Counted from the stretch's first letter, positions 28,401 to 41,649 are shown. The stretch is 64,000 nt of DNA from Adineta vaga (GCA_021613535.1 CP075496.1:5952001-6016000), one strand, 5' to 3'. Notes: generated by a model from the sequence alone, not told the origin. Numbers and translations: made by a program.

Positions 28401-30881
28401 ATGGACAATCCTTTATATCGTGCTGGAAAATCAACAGCAATGAATGACGTTGATGCAGGTGGACAGATCAAAATTAGTTTTAATGATGCGTAAATATATA
28501 TATATATATTAAAATATCGTTTTAATCAAATCTACTTTATCTTTTATGTAGAGTTCTATCTGTAAATGAAAATAAAACTGGAACACAAACTTCAGATGAG
28601 TAAGTCGAATGAATTTCTTTGTCCAGTTTTCTTTTCATGTCATCTTTTTAAAATAGTTTATTTCAATATAAACTTCGTCGTCTCATTGAAACTATTGTTT
28701 TTCGACTTATTATAGCAGTTTTATTTATTGCGGATTTAATTATTATTATTGTTTCAATATTTCAAGGTAAATTTTATTCGCAAATGAATATCTATCTTTT
28801 CGTTTTTTTTCTCATAGATAATTCATATACATTGAGTGTGATTAGTTTAATTTTATCAATTATATTTATGTTGGATATTTTTCTTCGTATTCTAGCTCAA
28901 GGGTAAAACGAAAGAAATTTGAATATTTTTCTTTACTTTGTATTTTTTTTATAGTCGTGAGTTTTTCCAAAAGAAATTAGAAATTCTTGATTTAGTTGTT
29001 ATGACGATTGGTTTAATTGTTAATATTGTGGTTCTAAGCATGGAAAGTGACAAGGCACAATTTGCAAAGTATGTACGATGTATCTTGTTACTGTATACGA
29101 ATGTTCAAAATATTTGATAATATTCTAGGATTATTATATTACCACGTTCATTTCGTGTGTTTAATTTAATTCGAACAATTCGTATTCTTCGTCATCGAGA
29201 ACATTTCAAAACAGGTTCACGTCATTTAGTTGGACAAAATAAAAAACGTACGATTGGTAATGGCTTTGATCTGGATTTATGTTGTATCAGTGGTAAGTGT
29301 AGTTTCTTTTCTGTTTCTCGTTTCAAATGTGCTTATCTATGAATAATTACCATATAAAATTATTTAGATAGAATTATTGCTATGTCATTCCCAAGTAAAG
29401 GCAGAGATGCTTTTTTTCGAAATGATATTGTTGTAAGTGCTAAAAGACTTGAATGGAAATTGAGATATGCACTTGCAATTACGATTATTGTACATAATGA
29501 TTATCTATATGGCTATGGTGTTTTGTTTTGTTTTTTTTTGCTCTAAAGATACTGTGATCGTTGTAAAAGTAAAGATAGATCTATAGAATCATTTTTTTCT
29601 CTTATAGGATGTTGGTCATTATCTTGATTTAACGTATGGTGATCATTATCGAGTATATAATCTTTGCAGTAAGATTTTACTATTTGAAAAACAGATTGAT
29701 AAATAAAAATGAAATATGTTTGTTTTTAGGTGAACGTTTTTATGATACAGTTCATTTCCATAATCGAGTAGAACGTATTTTAATTGATGATCATAATGTA
29801 CCAAGATTGAGGTATAAGAAATGACGGTATTGAAAAGTGTTTTTAGTTGTTTATTCTAGTGATACGATTCGAATGGCAGATTCAGTGACAGCATGGTTTG
29901 ATGAAAACGAAAAAAATGTTATTGCTGTTCATTGTAAAGGTGGAAAAGGTCGAACAGGAACAATGATATCTGTTGCTTTATTGAAAAGTAATGTTTGTAA
30001 AACAGCCGATGTAAGAAAAAGAGTTCTTTTTATATTGATTACAAATATTCAATACGAAAATGACGATTTGTTTTTTCGTATAGGAAGCTTTGAACCTATT
30101 CGCTGAAGGTCGAACTGATTTACGTCATGGTAAACAATATCAAGGTGTTGAAACACCTTCTCAAACACGTTATGTTCATTATTATGAAAAGATTCTTCAT
30201 ATTTATAATGATCAAATGCCACCAACGAAAGTCTTACGATTAAATACAATTACGATTACAGCAATTGCTAGTAAATCATTTGAATTTTAATGCAAAACAG
30301 AGGAAAGAACTGTTATTCAATGTGTTTCTAGGTATTGGAAATGGTGATGGAAGTGATTTATTCTTTACTATTGGAAATTATGATGGTTTATTAGGTAAAT
30401 TTCAATTAAGACAAGATAATCAGTTGGATACGAATTCTTGCAAAGTAAAATAGTCACATTGATTCCAATGAAAATCGTTTAAATTGTTTATATTTAGTAT
30501 GAACATAAGAGAGAAGAAGATAAAGTCATTATATCGGATATTCGTTTATCAGAATTGAAAGGTGATGTAAAAATAATGTTCTTCTCGACTAATAAAGTAA
30601 GTATTTCGATATTTTATTATTCATATCAATTAATATTCTTCGTGTTTAATAGAAAGTACCAAAGAATTATGATAATTGTGCATTTTATTTTTGGTTCAAT
30701 ACATCATTTATTGAAAATAATTCGTATGTATATCTAATTGAATATTGTCTTAAAATAGCTTTCAAATTTTTTTAGACTTTTACTTAAACGTGAAGAATTG
30801 GATAATCCACATAAAGCGAAAACATGGCATATATTTCGTGAGAATTTTTCTGTCTTACTTTCTTTCGAGAATGTAGCCTGA
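28401..30881 (+). CDS. TPTE: Voltage-sensing phosphoinositide phosphatase (VSP/TPTE family)
   Basis: Four TM segments with Arg-rich S4, GFDLDL, IIAMSFP, IDDHNVP, VSP-type active site [20 protein letters not shown] and a C2 domain ([20 protein letters not shown]). Confidence 0.9.
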
Positions 30882-31182
30882 AATAGTAGTAAGTTTTAAG
30901 TATTTTTCTTCTTTTTTTTTGAATGTAATTTTCATGTAATCGAAACAGTAATTCTATATATTTTTATCTTCGAATTGTTTTTATGTGCATAATTATAAAT
31001 TAAAACTGTGATGAGTACTTAATAAAAGTTGATTGTATTCATTCAAATCGCATATTAAAATAGTAAATGACTATATTTTATCTTTGATTTCTTTTTGTTA
31101 ATAACCAACAAAAGATCCTAGCGTTATCAAAAATCAATTGACTAATAAAAAAGAAAACGAAACAGCAAAGATCTTTATCATT

Positions 31183-32117
31183 CTATATAGTTGTTTTCGA
31201 CCAATGTCGATACCGTTCATAGTCATTATAAATATATTTATTTTTCGATGTTAGTTTTGGTTCTTCTCCAAATGGTTCTAAATCATAACGACATGGTCGA
31301 AAAACATCTTTAACAATTTGTTTTGCTTCGTTTTCTTCGATAGAACGCATCATACGTAATCGTTGAACAGCTTCTTTTTCTAAACATGCATGATATCGTC
31401 GTTTAACACGAAAATCCACATCTTAAAAAAAGAAATCGAAAATTCTCTTTTGAAAAAAAAACATCGAATTTACTTACAACATCCTTTTACCAAACTACAA
31501 TCGGTAAAATTCAATGCACGTATTTGACTACATGCAAAATGTCGTAAATTATGTACATCGAATTTATTTCGACAATAATCAAATGCTTGAACAAGTCCTG
31601 TAATAATACATTTATCAAAATGAGATATTTGATTTTGACAAACAACAATTTGATTTGTCGCTGGATCGAACATGCCGGTTGGCATAGCATCATCACAATA
31701 TTCACAACTAAAATGACGTGATAAATCAATCGGACAATTATGATCCGCAAGGGCTTGAACAAGAGTTTTAATTAATGGATTTGATTCAACCGCTTGAAGT
31801 ACATATTTTTCACATTCAATCTTTCTGGCTAAATCACGTGATGCAGAATCAAATGGAATCGATAATTGTAGAATACGTTGAGAAATTGTTAATTTATATT
31901 CTTTACCAAATCTTTCGGGAAAGAAATAATAACCATAATCTTCTAATTCTGTTGGTCGACAATCTTTTGCGGCATTTATATATCGAGTATCATTAATATC
32001 AGTATCTGATTTTGACTGTAGAACCGATGATGGTGATGATGAAGGAGGAAGAGAAGGAGAAGAAGGAGTTGAAGATTCAGATTTCTTTTGTGTTCGAAAG
32101 AAATTTTCAAAGACCAT
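31183..32117 (-). CDS. ATP23: Mitochondrial inner membrane protease ATP23 homolog, metalloprotease motif degenerate
   Basis: YGYYFFPERFG, FSCEYC, GMFDPATNQIVVCQNQ, AFDYCR, RHFACSQIRA, HACLEKEA and CRYDLEPFG; two exons. Confidence 0.88.
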
Positions 32118-32277
32118 TGCAGTTTTCTCTATGTATATATATATATATATAAATCTACAGAAAAAAAATCACATGTCAACATTCAAAATACGCCATACAT
32201 CTGAGTTCTTATTTTTGTATACAGAAAGAAACACATACAAGAAATGAAAAAGAAAAACAAGTATTGATATATAACAA

Positions 32278-35200
32278 TTAGAATAAAGTTGCAGCTCGTG
32301 CAATGTCAGTGAGATCTTCATGAAACTAAAAGATAGAGAATTTTTTACAAATATATAGACTCATAAGAATCTATCATATATGAGAGATTCTTACCTGATC
32401 GGATTGCATTCCAAGTCTACTAAGTAATTCATTTCGTTCAATAAAGCTAAGATCAAAATAACGCCAGAGTAAATCACCATCGAGAGTATTCTTTTGAGGA
32501 TTATCAAGTTGTTTTCGTCGTGATTTACACGTTCTAAAATGTACAATATTATAATCGCAATCAAACAAGAGCTATATATATACCGAAAACTTTTAGGATT
32601 TAAACCACCATACTGTGGAAACATTGTAGTAAGAGAATTTTGTAACATTGCTAATCGTCGAAAAATCTTTTCGTTCAATGGTATAAGACAACCAATAGCA
32701 CCATCGAGAGTTGCTAGAATAGAATTCGACATAGATTTTATAAATCAAATGATATAATATATCTTACGCATTAATAAAGCTTGTTTATTTTCAAAATTTT
32801 GTTTTGTTGTTAAACTATTTGTATTAACAAGCATTCTTGTCATTGATGCAACTGAATATCCAATATGAAAATCAGATTTTCTTAATAACCATTGTCCACC
32901 TTGTGTTTCTTTTTGTGTAGGTGCATGTGCATAAATATACATATTTCGATCTGAATCGGTTGCAACAAATTGTACATGTGTTTGATCAATAAAAAAATCT
33001 GTTGCAAAAACATCTAATTGTCGTGAATCACGGCTCACATATGATAATACACGCATATCTTCTTGATAACGTAATAAAGCGATACTTTTATGTACATCAC
33101 CAATGAGTATATAGTTTTTAATTGTTACCATTCGATGGCAATAGATTTGAATATCAACAAATGCAATACCTTTAAGACTATTATTTTGATATTGCCAAAT
33201 ATAAACTTTTTGACCAACTGCTGCAACTAAATAACCAAGAATAGAATCAACAGCAGTTACAGGACCTTTTTCTTCACGATCATGAACGATCTAATAAGAA
33301 AATATACATATGTATACGTTTGTTAATGATAGAGAATATTTACTTTTAGTTTATGTTTAGTCAATGGTTGATCGATTTCTGGAACAACTTCAATAATATC
33401 AAATAGAATCATACGACCTCGACTAACAACATCTTCATTAAAACAATTTGCTGTACCAACAGCAATATATGTTTTCATAAGATTGCCTTGAAATCTTAAT
33501 GCAATTGTTTTCATACAAGTAACATGTTCCCATTCGTTCATTGTTAATCGAGCATTTGGAATTGATTCCCATTTAATTGCAGAATAAAGTTGTACATAGA
33601 ACTGTTCACGTGAAGGTAAAAGAAAGTTCGATTCTAGAAACGGAAAACGATCGAAATCTTATACAAATTTTTAGGAAAATATTTACCTTTTTGATATATA
33701 ATCGATTCCCGATCTTCACCGGATGGTTGTACCAATGTATTTGTAAATTCACTAGTACTTATTGTAGCAGCATATAACTGAAAAAATAGTCAAAAATAAG
33801 ATCAAATCATTCGATTTCTTTCATAACAATTTACTTTGCTTTCAACATGATAGCACAGGAAATGGACTAAATAAGAAATTTGATATATGAGAGAAAAAAG
33901 ACATGTCTCATACCTGTATGTTTGAATGGAATTCTTTGCAATGGCCATGGCGTATCTAATATGCGTTTGGAAGGCATCATAGAGATTCGTAAATCATCTC
34001 TTTGATTGAAATATAAGTAACCATTTCGACAATTATCATTATTAAATGCAGCAAAAGTTTTTATCGGTCCATCGATATTCATTGGAAAAGCACGTAGATT
34101 TCCTTTTGACCTATATACATATCAAACAATATCATTAAGATGAAGATTAATGATCAATTCAACAAACCATATCAACCAATATGGATGTGTACCACAAACA
34201 AATATTCCTGAATGATTTGCAACATCATTAAAAGGTCTCAATAACATACGTTGATATTCATTCATTTCATCATCGATTAAATCCGTTTGAACTGGAAGTA
34301 ACTAAAAGATATATTTGAAGAAAAAAAACAATGAATCGAAAAATGTAGAAATTTAAATTATGTTACTTCTTGAGGATTAACGTTTTGTTTTCCTTGATTC
34401 TGTTGTGATTGTACTGCATCTTTTTGTCGTTTTGCAGCATTTCGTTTTGCACTGGATTTTTTTGTTCGAACTAATGCATTGCATGTTACACGGTGAAAAC
34501 GTAGTTTTAAACGATCTTCAGGTAAGTATTGATAAGGAAAAGCTTCATATAGAATTAGATCTTCGTCAATACGTGCCTGAAATAGAACATACTCATTTTT
34601 ATCGGAAATGATTTGTTTCTTTTTGAAAGAAAAATATGATGTGAAGAACTACGTCTGATAGCGATATGTATACTGTATCTAATTTTGTCATGCTCATTTC
34701 TTTATCAATGTTGTTAGAAAACAACGTAGAAATATAATGAACCTTCATACTCAATTATGTACAAGGTTACGCATGTCTTGATTTATATGTTTACGACGAA
34801 AATACTTACAATAAGATATACTCTATCTTTCTTTGATCCTAGACCAATCATTAATAATTCATAAACATAAGCTGAACATGACGTTTCAATTTTGCCAAGA
34901 TAATTTGTCATTGATGGACTTGTATCTTGTGTATCGACAAGTATTTTCAAAGCACTATTGAATCGTGCAATTTCAAATCGTACATTTGGAAGAAGTGTTT
35001 CATCAGACATTAATTCATGCATTGATAACATTCCATCTTTACTCATTGCAATTAACCAACGTGTAATTGGAATCATTTTTGCTGTCTCATTATTTACTTC
35101 ATTCTTTTCGGTTAGAAGTGAATTTATTGTTGGTTCAAGATTATTTGAACTATCCATAGATTCCGTATTAATTGCTGATGTGGAAGGCATTTCTGCTGTT

Positions 35201-37566
35201 TTTCCACCATATAACCATTCATCTTCATCATCACCTCCAGAAAATTCAGTTGAGTCAAGTGGATTTGTTGTGACAGATACTTTTGTTGATTGAAATGTTT
35301 CTTGCTTAGGTGAATTCATTTTCGTTGTATGAGAATAAACATTTGAATTAATCGTTGTTGTAAATAATCCACTTTGATCTGTATATAAATTAATACATGT
35401 ATACTTTCTATCATTTAATTTATGATATTCTAAAAGTTTTGGTTGTTCATTATCATCTTGAAGTAGTATATAGATATAGATAACTCCATGTGTTGTTAAG
35501 ATAGCTAAATAACGATCAAGACTTGTAGCAAAACGAATCGGATTATTTTCATATGAAATCATTTGTATTTGTGTACTATCACGTAGAAGAACGAGATGTA
35601 ATCGTGTTACCTGAACAATTAATTGTTCACCAATATTTCCACAATAAATTGTTTGTTCATTCGTTATAAAACCACCTTGTTCTAATTCAATAATATCCGT
35701 ACCTGTTTGAAATATCAATGTTGATGTTTCTTGACTTATTAAAATAAATGAATGTTCAGGTTTTTGTTCGTATTCTTTTGCTGATGAATAAACTGTCCAC
35801 ATATCGATTGAACCAGGTAAAGGTTGAGTTGTGACTAATTCAGGTTTAATTGTTTGTTGTAATATGGACACAGAACCAGATTTACTTGTACCTGATGTAC
35901 TAACAAAATCTAATTGTGTTGTTTGATATTGTGGAAGAAGATGACGTTGAACAAGACGTGTTTCTTCACTATCACCTTCACCAATAATCGCATAACCACA
36001 TGGTGCTATGTTAAGTAAATTATCACAGTAATCAAAGGAATAAGTATGACTTTGTTTTTTCGATTCATTTGTACCGAATTCACTCGAGAAGAAAATAGTA
36101 TCATTTTTATCATTAGGAATAATTATATCTAAATCTGAATCGATCGAATCAAGTTTAGTTGAAAGTTCATTGATTGTTTCAGTTGATTCAGCTAAATCAT
36201 TTCCATTATTGATATTTTCATCACCATTCATCGTTTCAATTGTATCAATGGATGTTGGATCAATAATTGCCTTTTCATTCAAACGAAGTAAAAGAGAATT
36301 TCCAAGACGTGAACCAAAAAATATCAAATCATCATCACATTTACATAACTATGAAACACGAAAAGAAAATGAATGAAAATAGTAATGTTACCTTTATTTC
36401 ACTTACACAACTACATAAGACAGTTGATCCAATTCGATCAAATGTAAATTCTTTCATTGTACGCATTGTATCCGTATGTAATGTTAATAAATAAACATCA
36501 CCCGTTCTTATTGATATAAGAACTTTATCATTTGTAATAAATATAGCTTCAGCTAAATCCAATGCGATTTTAAGATCATACAATGGTCTCAACGGATATT
36601 TTGTAGAATCACGTGTTAATGTATTTAATGCGACACCATAAGCTGGTATACTTTGATTGAGATATATAATCGAATTCGTTGCTAAAACAAGTATACCACC
36701 AATGGGTTTTGGTACTGATAAACAGCTCAAACAATCATAAGGTAATTTATCTACAGGCCATATAACTGGATTAGATTTTTGAGCAACATTTATGGATAAT
36801 GCAACACTACAACACGTATCTTTTTTCACTGCTACACGTCCAACCCATGTTCGACTTGATTCACAAAGAATAAACAATGTTGGTTCATAATAACTATGTA
36901 AAAATTGTAAATCAATTATACGACCAGTCAAGGATGTATCAAGTTTTTTTAAATGAATTATATACGATGATAATGATGGATTTCTTGATCCACCAGGTGT
37001 TAAACCTAGAAAAATAGGAAAAAAAACCGAACATGATTTCTTTTCGATAAAAACATGATTTTCCTACCTGCAATACTTGGAAATGTATCATTTGTACTAA
37101 TTTCTCTATCTAATTGACTAAAAAATGGTATGACAACAAGTTTCGAATTATAGATAAGCATGCATGCACAACGCATATCTGGATCAACACGAACAATAGG
37201 TTGTGAAAAATTAAACCATTGTCCTTCTTTAGCTAATTCATCTTCGAAATAATGCATCGATAATGTTTTTAAATCTTGTATGGTAGAATCAAATTCAATT
37301 AAGGATAATTTTGCATCCATAAAAGATAAAAATAATGCATCTTTTACTAATGGACCAAGACGACAAGGTGTTATTGTGCAAATATTTCCCCAAAGAATAA
37401 ATGTATGTAAACATTCGAATTTAGTTGTTTGATTATCAATACGATAGACATAAAGATGATTTGCACTGGATAATATTAAATTATTTTCTAATGGAGATAT
37501 AAAATGAGCCCAAACAGCATGTTCAATACTTGTTGGTGGATGAATAGTTTTATAAATCGAAAACAT
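32278..37566 (-). CDS. CPSF1: Cleavage and polyadenylation specificity factor subunit 1 (CPSF160)
   Basis: [68 protein letters not shown] and GGLNPKSFR. Confidence 0.95.
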
Positions 37567-38005
37567 TATTCAGTTTTCTTTCTAATCTAGAAGAAAGAAA
37601 ATATTTATGAATGATTTTTATCCATAATTTATCTTCACAGTTCTGACAAATTTCAACGGACAATTTCTGTCGATTGAATGATATGTCGTAGATCCAATCG
37701 GATCTATTGGTCTATCATATATTTAGTTGATTATATCAATCATGATAATAGATGTGGTTTGTTTCCTCTATGAAATAATTCGATTACCAATGAATATCTT
37801 CATTTGGGTTGATTTACCTGAGAATAATTCATAACGTAGAAAAAAAGAAGTTGATAGTTGATTTATATCTTCTATTGTATAATGATTCAGTTCTTAGGAA
37901 GAAAACTTCTGATATATCTTAGTACCCCCTTTTTCTTCAAACGATTTATTACTTAATAAAATTCTCCGATGTCTTTGTTTTATTTTGAATATCATCAACA
38001 GATAT

Positions 38006-40016
38006 TCAATTCGTATTTTTTTCTTTTTCTAAAAGATAAATTTTCGGTGTATAGCGCATTCTCAATAAAGTTTGTTTATCAAGATAAAATCCATTAAATC
38101 CACGAATAAAATCAATTATTTGTTGACCTCGAGATAAATATGGACGTAATCGATGATCTTCATCGCTTGCAGCTTCAACCAATAAGTAATCAAATCCAGA
38201 TGATAAAACATCAATAGTTAAATTTTCCGTTTTATTGTAACTACAAAAATTCAATATCGAAAAACGAGATTAAATGAATAAAAAGAGGAAAATTACTTAC
38301 ATCCAATGATTCATTTCAAGAAAACGAGATACTCCATTCTCTGCTGAATATACATCGATATGCACAGTTGCAGTTGAATCATCTAAAACAATTTAATATT
38401 CTTAACAGAAATTTCAATAAATTCTTCCTTACATTTTCTATATGATTGTAGTTTAAGTAGAGCATTTGCTCCTGGATAATTATAATGTGATGCAATCAAT
38501 GAGACACTTGTTTGAAGAAGATTCGCAGTTAACAGACCCAAAACGAAGAGTTTAACAATTATAGACCAACGTCGTCTCGTTTGAAATCTATAGAGAAATA
38601 GAATATCAAGTAGTTCCGAAAAATCGATCGAAAATTCAATACGAACAACCAAGCACATCCTTGAGCAATGGGTATATTTAAGATTGGAAATGTATAGATA
38701 ATAAATCGAAGTTCTTTATGAGGTAAAATTGAATAGATTAAAATAAATAATACATTAGGAAAGATAATCCATCGAATATTTCGATTAATAAATACACCTA
38801 GTGGAAGAAGTATCAATGATGCACCAAGTGCTCGTGGTAAAACAGAATAAAAATACCAGAGAAATGGAAATGTCTATCGAAATGTGAAATTAAGTTAAGG
38901 AAAATATCTTAGAAAGAGATTCAATTGAATTTCGACTATTTCTATTCTCTTTCAAATGTTCATTAATGAAAAAGGATACACCCCAATGTGAACTTTTGTT
39001 TAAAATTGTATTGAAATACAATACTTCGCCTTCCGGCCATAACCATCGTTGCCAAAACCAACTATCAACAATTACACTTAATCCTATGATGAAATAAAAC
39101 ACTGATAAAATCTTTCGCATAGATAATACAATCGTATTTACCAATCGCTAAAATACTTGCAAGTAAACCGTTGCCTAACGTTTTTGTAAAATTTAAACGT
39201 CGTCGAAGAAAAACTTCTTGCAATAAAATTAAACCCAATAAAACAACTAATTCAGATCGAAAGATAAGTATTGCAAAAGCTGATGTCCATACGAGTGATC
39301 GTTGGCGTCCAGAAAGCCAAAACGCAAATGAATGTAAAACTACAAAAAGGGAAATATTTCAATAAGGTTTGTTCTTTTGTTACTCAAAAATCAAATATAA
39401 TTACAAACCAATAACCAATGCAAAGATATTTGGTAGTGTACGTGTTGAATAAAATAAGAAATGAAATTGTGTTAGAATTACTAATAACCACCATCGTCGT
39501 GTTGATAAATCACAGTAACCTTTTAGAGTTTTATATAAATGAGTTAAACCGGAAACGACTAATAGACCAAGAATAGTCCGAACTGAAATGAAAGAAAAAG
39601 AGTTATTACAAATCAATTCTGATGAAGTATTCTGATTTTTACCAATATATTGTAAATAAAGTCGATGATCATTTGAAGAATCTGAGAATGGCCATGTTAA
39701 TATTGCAATTAAAATTGGACCAAGAAATGATCGAGGTACAACTTAATAAATACAATATTACATTTATATTTATTTATTTCATATCTATACCTCCTGGAAA
39801 TTCCAAATGATCATACTAGAATAGAAAGCAAATGTTATTTTTTGCTCTCTCTCCTCTCCAAATTGTTACTCTTACATTTGATATGTTTAAACGATGAATA
39901 AGTAGATCATGAATAGCTTGTAAATTGAAACTTTCTTCAACTTTTGTAAATGGACAAATCAATAGATGAATGAGACAAACGATGAAAAGAAGAAGAAATG
40001 CAAAAAACCAATGCAT
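38006..40016 (-). CDS. ALG12: Alpha-1,6-mannosyltransferase ALG12
   Basis: [27 protein letters not shown]|[51 protein letters not shown] and NYPG. Confidence 0.95.
38874..38979 (-). other. U12-type (minor spliceosome) GT-AG intron in ALG12
   Basis: 5' splice site GTATCCTTTT; branch point TTTTCCTTAAC (38894-38904) ~20 nt before the AG; in-frame join SHWG|TFPFLWY. Confidence 0.88.
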
Positions 40017-40162
40017 TCTTTATCTGAAATTATCACAAGAATATCCGTTACATTTATTGTCAAAGTTTATTTAAGAAACTTTGTTTATTAGTAACAATAG
40101 ACAAATAGAAAAAGAAAATACGACAGAGATAAGTTTTGTTTTTTTTTCTTTACAAAATAGTT

Positions 40163-41271
40163 TTATTTTCCAAGTAAATCTTTCGATTCTTGTTCTTCTT
40201 TTAATAGATCATCAGAAACATATTTAGCCAATAGTTCTTGTTTTTTTCGTTCTAACAATGCACGTTCAATCTAGACAGAAAAATATATTCATGCTATTTT
40301 GCTTTTCAAAAGAAACTTACATCTTTTTGACTAGGAACAGGTACATGTGCAATAAATACATGATCTTTGGATGTAACATCAATGTCTGTTCGAAAACTAC
40401 CTATATTATCTTCATCATCGGACTAAAGAAATTATAATTTAGTATTTGATACATAGTTTTGTTTATCTTACATTCATTTCTGGTAAAACATAAACATCAC
40501 CCATTTCAGCATTTTGGGTTTCACTATTTTTCCATTCTTCAATCTTTTTTCGAATAGCTTCTTTCTCACATTTTTCTTCATTTGGAATGAGTAGGCCATC
40601 ATCATCATCCATATAACCGTAATAATTTGCATCGATATTTTTCAATAATTCACCACGTGGCTTCTTTTGTTGTCGAAGTGCTAAAATTTCAAAATAGTTA
40701 TAAAAAATTCGTGAAACAACACTCTGAAGATCTTACGTTCTTGTTCGAATAATTCTCGTACACCAGGTAAATCTTTTGCAGCACCAAAATATCTTAAAAA
40801 TAAGAGATATTGGAATTCAATTATGAATGAATTTCATTTACTTGTAACCACGATTACCAGGTGCTTCTTTCCCTTCATTATCCAGCATTTTGGGTGCTGT
40901 TTTCTTAAAGTCCGTACCACCAAGTTCTTTAACACGATCTTCCCAATGAGATTTTTCACGTAGCAATTTGTTAATTTCATCATTAAGATCACGAATTTTA
41001 TATTCACCGAGACCAGCTAAAATGAAATGATAGAAGAAATGTAGAAGACGAAATTTCTCAATAGAATTTTCTTCATACCATTTTGAATTTGTGCTACTTT
41101 TCTTGCGATTTCCCGGACTACTTGATATCGCCATCTTTCTGCTTTCTTAACATTTGTTTCTTCACTAGCTAAAGTTGGACGACGATCGACACGAAGTTTT
41201 CCTTGGTCTTTCATTTGCAATTGACGCCAACGAGCTAAGGCTGTCATTGCTTTTTCAGAATTACGAGCCAT
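40163..41271 (-). CDS. ISY1: Pre-mRNA splicing factor ISY1
   Basis: MARNSEKAMTALARW, GLGEYKIRDLNDEINKLLREK, PGNRGYK|YFGAAKDLPGVRELFE, YYGYMDDDDG and AHVPVPSQK. Confidence 0.96.
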
Positions 41272-41649
41272 TGCTTAAGATTTCCTTTTTAGCAACAAAA
41301 ATCAATTCTAAAATTGAAATTTCAGGTAAAATAAGTATCGAAAGTGACGACTATGTGCAACAGATAAATGGACGTTGAATGCATTTGTTAAAATGGTTTG
41401 ATTTCCAACTAACCGGAAATATCCTATATAGATGTCGCTATTTCACGTGTTATCTGTTCAGAGATGACTTTGAATTTCACTTAATTCTTTAGTTCAATTA
41501 TTCAAAAATAAAACTTTTCTATTTGAGATGAAGACATGGAATAATATATAATTTATAAATATCTATAGTTTGTTTCAGCGAAAAGCTATACGCTTAAATT
41601 ATATTTCTCTTTAATGAAAATAAATATTCATAATAGGAAGAAATGTTTT

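Noticed and set aside
34578-34809. Possible box C/D snoRNA in a longer CPSF1 intron (ATGATG...CTGA)
   Set aside because: The boxes are on the strand opposite the host gene, too close together, and lack a terminal stem.
34958-36494. Plus-strand ORFs antisense to the large CPSF1 exon (and similar shadow ORFs elsewhere)
   Set aside because: Antisense shadows of real coding exons with no independent protein features.
37689-37706. Hairpin TAGATCC-aatc-GGATCTA between ALG12 and CPSF1
   Set aside because: A single 7-bp stem is expected by chance.
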